Shown here one piece after another: positions 49,815 through 60,000 of a stretch of 60,000 nucleotides of DNA. Source of the stretch: Malacoraja senta. Lineage: Eukaryota. The position numbers were made by a program, and so were the translations under genes. The notes beneath the pieces are model-generated. The model was not told the DNA's origin, searched no databases, and saw nothing but the letters and a program-made list of their open reading frames with translations. The stretch covers positions 15,440,001 to 15,500,000 of the forward strand of contig CM075989.1 in the NCBI GenBank assembly GCA_038087875.1. Direction: 5' to 3'. Positions within the stretch are counted from its first letter, which is position 1; each line of letters starts with the position of its first letter.

Positions 49815-49911
49815 AGGTAGACACAAAATGCTGGAGTAACTCAGCGGGACAGGCAGCATCTCTGGAGAGAAGGAATCGGTGACGTTTCGGGTCGAGACCC
49901 TTCTTCAGACT
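49815..49911 (-). mobile_element. Penelope-derived hammerhead mini-element with the best-preserved core
   Basis: Minus strand CTGAAGA-A-GGGTCTCGACCC-GAAAC-GTC (49908 to 49881); TSD tgttcttaattga at 49802-14 and 49916-28. Confidence 0.9.
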
Positions 49912-50709
49912 TAATTGTTCTTAATTGACTTGCCTTTTGGAATCGCAAACTAAAACTCCTTCATGTTGGATTCAGCATTTAGAAACATCAATGGCGACTG
50001 AATCCAGAGTGAATGCAATCATGGTTGAATATTAAAATGTTGAATATTTCTACATAAGACAGATTTAAACGCTAAAGTGCATTTCTTTAAGGATAGAATT
50101 TTTGATGAAGCAAAATTACATTTTTATTGATGGAAGTTTGCACATCTCAAATTGCATTTCATGAAATAAAATGGATTGTTCACATGATAAAGGTAGAAAT
50201 GATGTAATAACAACATTACCATTTGATCAAACAATTTCAATGGAGTTAGGCAATTTGCCATTTCAACATTGCATCTTCATGGAAGTTGGGAACATTTGAT
50301 TTGAAAATGTTTTCATGTTATTTGGTGCAAGATAGAATCTATACTTATGAGTATCATTATGGGTGAAATGAAGTTAGAAACTTGGGCACTGGCTTGGCAG
50401 AAGCACAAGTACACCTGTTATTACTACATCGGAAATCTAGTTTTTATTGGTTAAAATCTATCATTGGATCAGCTGGCAAGCTTGCACCTTATTTTAACAT
50501 TGCTTTGAAAATAAATGTTTTGATCCATTGTTTTTCATCTTGAACTTAATTGTTAATGATTAGTTGTTTGGATATGGTATGAAAGACCTACAATTGTTAA
50601 AACTTGGAATTAAAACCAAATGATTTCTTCATCATCCTAATGTTTGTATATTTACAGGTTTTAAAAACTCGAAGAGTAAACATAAATATAGAAGGAAAGA
50701 TATTGTGAA

Positions 50710-50748
50710 ATATATATATTTACAGTGTGTGTGTGTATATATATATAC

Positions 50749-50791
<43 letters not shown>
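50710..50791. repeat. Compound (TA)n/(TG)n microsatellite
   Basis: About 20 TA units at 50752-91, preceded by shorter TA and TG runs. Confidence 0.95.
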
Positions 50792-50794
<3 letters not shown>

Positions 50795-52529
50795 GCACTG
50801 TAAATTATCTTCTCCTTGACCAATTGTTTGCATTCATGCTCAGCATGCATGCACACAATGAACTATTGTATCCCAGATGATGGAATTTGTGGTGAAAAAT
50901 CTTATTGCCATTGAAGTTAACATTTAAGAGGTTGCTAATACATAGCCAAATATCACAGTGGAATATCCAAATTTCACTTTTTCACAATGTGATTGGAAGG
51001 GAAAAAAAATCCCGTTCAAGTATGGAGCTCCTGTTTTGTGCAGACTTAGTTTTATTTGTTCAGTGGCATTGTATAATTAAATCATTTGAACATCCAGAGG
51101 TGTGATACATTTGCTGATGGACATGAAAGTAGTTCTGAAGAGGACATAAAACTGCAGGGGAGGATGTAGTTTAAGATAATGTGCAGAGATTAAGTAGAAA
51201 ATGTGAAAGTTCATTGGTCTCATGGACAATATTAAAAATGTATATTATCTAAATAATGATTGGTTCAAGAGTAGAGATGTGCAAAAGTTTCAATCCATGT
51301 CTAGTCTACAAGCTACATGTGTTGTATTTACTGTACATTATAATTGTTTGTGTTTTGGTCTATTTTAGACCAATTTCTTAATGAAAAAACATTGTAGTAT
51401 ATTAATATTGGTCATGGTAATTGGTTGGAGAAGTGAAATGTTAATGCTGCTGATCCACTAATTATTGGAAGTGTATATGCAGTTGGTAGAAACAAATCAA
51501 AAATAAACTGGTAGTTGGGTCTAGAAATCTGATGGAATTTTCACTGAAAGGTGTGGAAGACAAGATACAGTCAAGTTGTGGAAAGCTCTATTCTGTAGAT
51601 CTATAAAACGGTCTTTACAAAAGAAGATTAAAGCATGTTAAAATTGCAGAAACAGTTGTATAATTTTTTTCCAGGGTCAAATATTGTTTTTCACTAAAGA
51701 CCAGTTTTAGTTTGCATTATACCCGTTTAAAGTTGATTGTTAAGAGATATTGTACTGGACTATTACTTGTATCAATGTGCAAAAAAATCAGAGTGCTGGT
51801 ATCTTGTGAAAGTATCGGATCCAGAAAGTCATCTCATTCGCCATTTCCCTCCACAAATGCTGCCTGAGCTGCTGAATTCCTCCAGCACTTTTTTCCCCCT
51901 CAGCATCTACAGTCTCTTGTGTCTCCACTGTGATCTATCAAGGACTTTCAGTTCTGAAATCTTGATTTGAATCTAATCCAAATGGATATGTTTTCTTTAC
52001 CAGCTTGAGCATCTTCATTATACAAGTCGGGGCAGTATCAAAAATATTTCCAAGTACAAACATGCCTATAATTTTATACCAATTGGCACCTCATTTGGTG
52101 GTTCAGGGTGGAAAATAATTTGTGAAGCAAATGTATTTTTTGAGGATAGGTCCAAGATGTTTGGTTAAAAAGAACTGAGGCAACCTGTTGCTTTTGAAGA
52201 ATCTTAAAATAATTGGCACTGGTCTAAAATGGAAAATTTGTCTCATTTCCTTGCGCTCGTATCCTATCACAGTGAGCACCTTCAGTTAAAGAGTGGAAAT
52301 GAAATTACATTTTTGTCGATCAACAATACATAGTTCTAAGAATTTCCTAAGAACTAATTTGGCAGGATGCTATTGGGTTTGTCGATATTTAGATAATGTT
52401 TGAGGAATTTATTATTATGTTAAATTTACCTCAAGTTTTCAAGAAAGTAATTTAAGAAACACAAATGATGCAAACGCCTTTTTTGAGCGCTATCTTCAGT
52501 CTAAGTAACGCTGTATTTTCTTTTGATAG

Positions 52530-52603
52530 TAATGGAAGAAAGAACAGGTACTAATTCTTGGGGATCAGCTGACCAGCCAAGCCCAACGTATGAATCCTCC
52601 AGG
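52530..52603 (+). CDS. TCF12: TCF12 coding exon 3 (74 nt)
   Basis: Acceptor ttttcttttgatAG and donor AGGgtaagt at 52604. Phase-1 start completes Val, then MEERTGTNSWGSADQPSPTYESSR, matching recalled TCF12 [24 protein letters not shown]. Confidence 0.93.
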
Positions 52604-54149
52604 GTAAGTCTGCTTCAATGCTAGCATTTCTTATAACATGCAATTCAGTGTTAGTAGCAAATAAAATAGATTCACTGTATCTATTAAATGACTTGTAATT
52701 TGAGTATCTACTTTTAATTTCCTACTACTTATGTCAAATTCCAGAGAGATGAAACAATCAACTTTGTTTAAAAGCCGAGAATTAATAGAGCTTATTTAGT
52801 TTCTGATGTTATATCTCATTGTTTTTGCCAGAAGCATTTTTTTTAAGGAATGTGAAAACAGCCCTTTGCCCCTCTCTCAGAACAGTTGCAATCACGACCG
52901 GCATTACTCTCACCAGTACAGCTCTTCTGCTTTGTACTGTATGGAATTTTCACTTTTGAGCCTTGTTTTCCTATTTGATTTATTTGTCATGGATAGATGA
53001 AAATGGAAGAGCTAATGAGGAGGAATGTAAAATTGGATGGGAACATTTAACACTTCTACCTTTGTTTATGTGTAGACAGGAAGGTTTTCATAAATTGTTT
53101 CAAATTGTAAATTGGTATAAATCCACTATGCAAAAGTTGTTGCCTTTATCAATCATAAGTTTCATGAGAGAGGAAGAAATGACATATGCTTCAGATTGGA
53201 ACAATGAGGGTTGACCTCATGGCATCAAAGATTCTTATCAAGATTGACATGATGGATGTTAAGAGGATGTTTCCTTGTTTTGCAGAGACTGGGATATAGT
53301 TTTAGGGTAAGGTATTGGCTGTTTGGGTCTAAGATGAAGAGAAATTCCTTGACTCCCTGAAAATATTCGTTCTACCTCCAGAGGGCTGTAAATGCTCTGA
53401 GTATGTTCAAGGCTGATAATCTTTTGAACTTGAGGCCTATTTGAGAAATTGCATCAAAAGTGGGTGTAATCTTGTGGATTGTTAGTCCATGTGGCAAAAC
53501 TAAAGGTTACCCTTGTGAGAAGGAGTGAATCTTTACATTTGTCATCAGGAGTTGAACCAAAATGGTGAACGTATCATATGTAAACAATGCAACCGCTTAA
53601 ATGTGCAATGACTAGGTGAGTTTTTGGTGCTCCAACCCAGATTTCCAACCAAAATTTGGGGAAGGTGGATCCGTGGCATGACTTGCTGAAAAAGGTAGAG
53701 TCGTAGTGCAGTTTGAAATGGGGCTGCTACCAGAAAGTTTTTGTTCAGATTGTATTTGAGGCAAAGATTGAACCAGTCTGTCCAATGACTACCACTAGTT
53801 TAGATTTATTTGGATTTAATTGTTTCTGGGCAGGAAACATCTCTTGACGACATGTAACTGAAAAAGCTGGATTTTGTCTAAAACTAAGTGTAAAAAAAAA
53901 AGAGATTTGAACCTGATTTAATATCGAATAAATAATTTAATAAAGGATAATTGGGCATCTCTTTTATCGCCGATATTTACTCTGTGATCCTCATTGAAAT
54001 TGAATATTGCAATCCTGAGCGAGGTCTAAACCGACACAATATTCAATTGACTGTTTCCCTCAATGCAATCCTTGAGAAGCCAAGAAAAGTACTCTAGCCC
54101 TTACAGTTGGACTCCAATGATGGTGAATTGCCAGATATAACTCTCACTG

Positions 54150-54836
54150 GGTGGCGCCACCAGCAGTGGCTGCCTCGCCAACAGTCTGTCTGTCCTCTCT
54201 TCTTCTTGTTATTTTTAGCATGTGTTAAAAAGTATGTTTAGTGTTCCTTGGTTCGTTTTATGTGGGGGGTGGGGAAACTTTTTTTCAATCTCTTACCTCG
54301 GCGGGGACGTGATTCTTTTTCCTGTATCATATCTCCATCCCCACTGCGGCCTAACATCGTGGAGTTGGTGGCCTTTCCTGGAGACGACGGGCGCTCTATG
54401 CCGCGGGAGTCTGGGGGACTTTAACATCGTGGAGCATGCGATCCCTTTGCCGGGGATCGAAGCTCCAACCGCGGGGCCTGTGGACATCGTGAAGCTTGCG
54501 GTCTCTGGTAAGAAGAGGTTGATTCGGGAGAGAGTTTCAATTGCCCCGGCGCAGGAATTTCGATCGCCCCGACGGGGGCTTTGACCGTCGGCTGCGGAGG
54601 TTTTGATCGCCCCGACTGCAGATGGTTTGACTGCCCTGACCGCAGGAGAACAAAGAGGAAGAAGATTGAACTTTATTGCCTTCCATCACAGTGAAGAATA
54701 TGGAATCCACTATGATGGATGTTTATGTTAACCTTTATGTGGTTGTGTGTCAGTTGCTTTTCACTTAGTATGGCAACTCAGATTTCACTGTACCTTAATT
54801 GGTATATGTGACAATAAACTGACCTTGAAACCTTGA
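54150..54836 (+). mobile_element. Non-autonomous LINE-derived element (GC-rich 5' part, Rex/Babar-like 3' tail)
   Basis: Starts gggtggcgcc; shares gccttccatcacagtga...gtggatgtt with 57549-58385; ends tatgtgacaataaa...ccttgaaaccttga. Confidence 0.65.
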
Positions 54837-57504
54837 GTCCCAAATGTTTATGCTGCACAGCACACTCGCATGGAAATCCAGGATTGGAGTTATGAGACAG
54901 ACAGCAAAAGTTAGGATCATGTTTCTGCAACCTTAGTGTGACTACTTTGTGCAATTGAAGTAGTTTTTTTCTCACTGTAGAATTTTGATGTAAAGTGTAG
55001 CATTATTAAATTTGATACAACCTGCGTTTGTAGTTTGGTAAGTCGTCCCTGGCACGAAGTGATTTTTTTTTTGAAGTTCATTAATTCTCTAGATAAATAT
55101 TCCAGCGTCTTCATAAATATTCCAGCGTCTTGTCAAACATAAAATACATTAATAACAGGTGCTTAACATTTTAAAAGGTAGCATGGGAACATTGCATTTT
55201 TATGTGTACAACCGATTGCATCTGTACAGTGTCCTTTAATCAGTAAAGCTTGTACACCTCATCTTGTGGAGTAGGCAAATAACTGAACAGCAGAAGAAGC
55301 TGTGACATGCATCCATAAGCAGGCAGTGATTTGACTTATTTAGCCAGCAGTCACGAGCCCTTTGGTTGAACTGATGGCACGTAGCACAGATCGTGTAGCC
55401 TGTTTTTGCCCTATTAATGCTGTCTTGAAAGTTTGCCTTCAGCCTAGGGAATGATGAATGTTCAGTGACTGCTGATCTAATAGTCTCAGAGGATTCGAGG
55501 TTTTAGGCTGCAGAAGTTGTCTTGAACCCTATTTTTGTGAGTCTTGTGCTGCCCTGTGGTCTTGTAATTCTGTATATTTTTACTTTGTTGCCCTTGATCT
55601 TCATGTTCATTCGGTTGTCATCCTGGCTTTGAGTCAACAACAAAGATATGAAAAGAATTGCTGAAGAGGTTCAGTATTCTCCTGTAAATGTACTGTTAAC
55701 CTTCCCAGGAAGGTAGCTTATTTTTCTTAAAGCAGATGTGGGTCATAATTACAGGAATTAAAATTGATTGATATGCTTTGGTAAGTTTGTAATTCAGACA
55801 TCCTAGTTTTATTTCAAATGCATGGGTATTTTAAGTAACAGTATTTTTCAGTTTTAACCATTTCTGCTTGCTAGAAAATAAGATGATCTTATTACAGCTG
55901 CTATTTAATATTAGGAAGCCTCTTTTGGCATTGCACACGGGCATGGAATGCAGTTTAGAGAAGCCACTGCATTCCCAATATGACGGGTTCATTTATAGCT
56001 GTACAGATCCTCCCAGTTCCTAAGAGCAGTTTGTCGCCCATTGAGTTTGCAAGTTGGAAAAGCGGCTGCCTGGCAATATACTTAAATAAAAAATATTGGT
56101 CAACCAAGGCAGTGTGTAGTTAAGCAAGGGCATTTAACTTTACCGTTCAGATACTGCTCAGAATAATGTTCCCACACAGCAGAAGATGTCTGCAGCTCCA
56201 CCGCAGCCGGCAAATCCATCCTACTGGTCTCCCAGTAAACTGAGGAAGATCCATATTGTAAAGTTAATTCATCAACACACTAGGTGGATGATGCTACCAC
56301 AGTGTTAGATGACTACAAATTATTTGTTTCTTTTTCATCTGCACACTGCCCTTTTAGAAATAATATTCAAACATAGTGTCAGTGTCTACTGATATACACC
56401 TGGCTGTTCACTATTTGTATGCTGTCTCAAAATTGGCAGATTTTGTTCTGTATCTAGAACTGTTTGAACAGAAATCTCTTAGTGAGACAGTGAAGTTACT
56501 GTCTTTGGTCCCAGCTAGAAATTATTTTCTTGTCAACTGACTGACTAAAGTTGAACCTTGGTGTCATTTGATCCCATGATGACTTAAAATTGCGTACTCG
56601 TTCAAAAGCTCTGATCATCTGCTTCCACTCTGGTGATGTGATCTAATTATCTCCTCCATCCTCCCCCCACCCCCACAAGCCCATTTCAACTCCTTGTTCA
56701 TACTTACAAAGTTTGCTTTTTCTGTCTGCTCACTATCAGATTTTCATTTTCAAGTTGCACTTGGACATCTATAAAAATTTACTTAATTAGATACTGGAAA
56801 GTCTGCCTTTTCCTATCATTTATTTGTTTTGTGCAGGGGCGATAGTAACCTGTTCTGTAGACACTGCCAATTAATACTACATTCTAGTTTATTGAAAGTT
56901 GAATGCACTTCATTTCATAAGATAGACAAAACACTCTCTCTTTACTAATAAAATGGGTCTTTATTTTCAGTATTTATTTCTGAGCAGAAAAGACTGCACC
57001 TATAGGGGAAAAACAAAAATGGTTCTGATGAAGAGCAAGTTGTCTAATATTTGCCTATAGTCTGCTCAAAGTGGTTAAATATCAAGTCGTGATTTTTTTT
57101 TTTTTTATAAATCCCCCCAGGAAAATTATTAAATCTTTTTTAAAAAGATTGGAGTGGCTATTTGCTCATGACAACAATCTTTTGCCTGATCAGATATTGT
57201 TGGCACAGGCTTATAATCCACAGTGGCCTTTGTACCAGCTGCATGCCCAGGCTTCTAGATTTGGATATGGATGGCCTGAAGAGTTCCAGAAATTGGTGGT
57301 TGGAAGTACTAAGAACTTGAAAAAGAGAAATCCTGAACTAAAATTCCCCTGTCAGTTGTCAAAATTGTTGAGACTTAAAAAAAATAATTCTGAATGTTTA
57401 AAAACGATTAATATTATGATATTTTAATAAAATCCAAGGTAAAACCATGCAAGTATAAAGCACATTTTTACTAACACCCTTCAAACCGTACTGAAATCAA
57501 TGGA

Positions 57505-58533
57505 TAGGAAGGAACTGCAGATGCTAGTTTACACCGAAGATAGACACACTTAGACTTAGACTTAGATACCTTTATTGTCATTCAGACCTTTCGGTCTGAA
57601 CGAAATTTCGTTGCCTGCAGTCATACATATAATAAATAACAAAACACACAATAAACACAAATTAACATCCACCACAGTGAGTTCACCAGGCACCTCCTCA
57701 CTGTGATGGAGGCAAAAGTCTTAAAGTCTCTGTCTCTTCCCTCTTTGTTCTCCCTCTGCGCTGAGGCGATCCAGGCTTCTGACGTTGTGATCCCGCCGGG
57801 TGATGGTAAGTCAGTCCCGCGGCTGAATCCGTGCTCCGTCCGCGACGGGCCGGTTGAAACTCCGCGGCCCGGGGTGGCCGAAGCTGCCGCCCTCCAGTCC
57901 AGCGGACGCAGCTGTAGTTGCGGGAGCCCCAGAAAAAACAGGTTACCCACCTGTGACCTGCGAGCTCCCGACGATGTCGTCCACCGGGCCCGCGGCCGAG
58001 CCTCCGGACTCAGGTCGCCACCAGCGTCCTCGGTCGCCACCGCCGGAACGCCACCGCAGCCCCGAAGCCGGCCAGCTGGTAAGCCCTGGCTCTGCCTCCG
58101 GAGCCTCGAGGTCGGTCGGTCGCAGTTGGAGTTGGAGGCCGGCAGCTCCGCCATTTTGGCCTCAGCGCAGACGGAGGCAGAGAAGGGGGATACGACAAGA
58201 AAAAGTCGCATTTCCCCAAAGGAAGAGACAAAAATCATGTTTCACCCCCCCCACCCCACCCCACATGTACACAACCCAATAAACTAAAATTTAACTAAAA
58301 CAGGACAAAAGAAAACAAAAACAAAAAGTAAAAACAGACGGACTGCAGGCGAGCCGCAGCTGTGCAACAGCGCCGCCACTTCCGCACACAATGCTGGAGT
58401 AACTCAGCGAGACAGGCAACATCTCTAGATAGAAGGATTTGGTCAGAAGAAGGGTCTCGACCCAAAACATCACCCATTCCTTCTATGCAGAGATGGTGCC
58501 TGTCTCGCTGAATTACTCCAGTCCATCTTCGCG
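57505..58533. mobile_element. Penelope head-to-head mini-element split by a later insertion
   Basis: Minus copy 57505-57548 plus 58391-58437, then a plus copy from about 58441; 12-bp TSD gaaatcaatgga at 57493-504 and 58534-45. Confidence 0.85.
57549..58385 (-). mobile_element. Non-autonomous LINE-derived element, CpG-rich and apparently young
   Basis: Minus-strand 5' end GGAAGTGGCGGCGC; 3' end gacaataaa plus (CTAAGT)n tail; acaca flanks at 57544-48 and 58386-90. Confidence 0.75.
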
Positions 58534-59454
58534 GAAATCAATGGAACTATGTTTCTAGGAGTTGAGAGCTGAATTTCTACGTGTAAATGCTGAATTGTCT
58601 GGCTGGGGTCCTCCTTGGGGAGTCCAGCACCAACATTTTGGGTGTCAAAAAGACGACTGAGTTTGCCATTTCATGTGACTTCTGTATCCATGACCTAACT
58701 GATTACAAAGGAGCATTGTAGGGCTGCATAAAATTGTTTTCAGGTATTCAAGTTTCTTAAACTGTTTCTTAAAATTTGAAAAAAAATCAATATAATTGTT
58801 TTTCTACTTCTGTTGAGAATTATTTGCATTTTCAATCTTTGTGCTCACAGTATCCGTAATAGGAGCTATAGAAAATGAGCTTTTCGAGTGCACCCCATTC
58901 TAATAATTATAATGGGATGTGCAAACAATAAATTTGTCTTTTCCTCTATCTATGAGCTGTTACTGTGGAAAACTGAGAAGGCAGACTAATTGGAAAAATA
59001 ATCCAGACTCGTGTAGGATTCCTATTTTTGCCTAATTTCTCATTTTTGAACAAGTAACAGCATGGTGAGCTCCTTATGTTTATTTCAGTTCTCATCACTA
59101 TCCAGCTGTTTGAGCAGATGCTTCCATCTCAACTCTCTGGTAGTAAGGCCAATGTTCAGCATCAGCAATTATTGCCAGCTTAGCTGGATAGTTTGAAATC
59201 CATGTTTTCTGCCGCATAGCCTAGTGTGAACCTAAAAGTGATCCATTGTCTTCACAGCTCTGAGTTAACACACGGCCAAATCCCAATTGCCTTTTTTCTC
59301 AGGTTTTTCCGACTTTGGAATGCTGAAATGCCCCTGTGCATTGTAGTGATTTCTTTTAAGAAATTGTTGATCTGAAATGTTTGCTTTGGGAAGATTGAGG
59401 AAAGAGCAGGAAATCCATTTGATCTGTACTTGGCAAGATAGCTTTGGCACTTGG

Positions 59455-59610
59455 AGTCAGAGAGCTGTACATCACCAAACGGGCCATTTGGCCCACCTTG
59501 ACCATGCTGATCAAGATGGTATTCTAGGCTAGTGCAATTTGCGTTCAAAACCCTCCTATCTGTAAATCTGTCCAAATGTCTTTTGAAACTTGTATTTGCT
59601 CTCACTTGCA
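59455..59610 (-). mobile_element. CR1 3' fragment
   Basis: Minus SFKRHLDRFTDRR and gggccaaatggcc, like 13010-13150. Confidence 0.65.
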
Positions 59611-59967
59611 TTCAGAATGATACCAGATGTATTGAAATCTGAGTTAGTAGTCAAGTATATTCACAATTTGTATTTCCTTTGTGAAATCTTAGCAACATTT
59701 TGTAATAGGTGATTAAGGGACATGAGTTAGTATGGTTTAATTGTATGCACCCAAATATTCTAAGAACATTTTATTTTAACTAACCAAAGGATATTTTAAG
59801 ATGCTCTTGGCTGTTTTCTCATGGTTGTTTATAGAAATAGTACACAAGGTTGTATATATGACCTCACTGATCATAACTCTAAGCATATAATAAAAATTGC
59901 TGTTTTAATGCTTTTTTCCATTAGGTGGAGGATTAGTGTAACTATATAAACACTTCTTTTTCTCTAG

Positions 59968-60000
59968 GCCTTTGCAGACAGTCCTCATTACAGTGAACAG
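59968..60000 (+). CDS. TCF12: TCF12 coding exon 4 (cut off by window end)
   Basis: Acceptor cttctttttctctAG at 59966-67; phase 0; AFADSPHYSEQ matches recalled TCF12 GFTDSPHYSDH. Confidence 0.9.

Noticed and set aside
55290..55450. Possible conserved intronic enhancer
   Set aside because: Looks non-repetitive and motif-rich, but conservation cannot be judged without alignments.
57621..58287. 194-aa and 205-aa overlapping ORFs
   Set aside because: They lie inside a GC-rich repeat, are open on both strands, and show no protein motif.

Overview
Vertebrate genomic DNA. The repeat content (CR1, Penelope, V-SINE and DeuSINE-like elements) suggests a cartilaginous fish, probably a skate or ray; this is inference. 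The only host protein-coding gene I can support is the 5' part of TCF12 (HEB, a class I bHLH E-protein) on the + strand. It has a CpG-rich promoter region at about 25.8-26.4 kb and four coding exons: 26784-26855, 27397-27469, 52530-52603 and 59968 to the window end. These splice in frame to [84 protein letters not shown]. The rest is intergenic or intronic DNA with many nested transposons whose target-site duplications (TSDs) are often still readable. These include an intact Passport-like Tc1 (DD34E), a decayed Tc1, CR1, Rex/Babar, L1 and Tx1 fragments, Penelope elements, hAT and Harbinger MITEs, a probable Helitron and several SINEs. The most notable signal is a family of about 95-200 bp Penelope-derived mini-insertions, each with its own TSD, that begin at a hammerhead-ribozyme-like core and sometimes form head-to-head inverted pairs. 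Also notable are a 31-nt inverted templated insertion inside the decayed Tc1 and a candidate HDV-like ribozyme on a bipartite RTE element.
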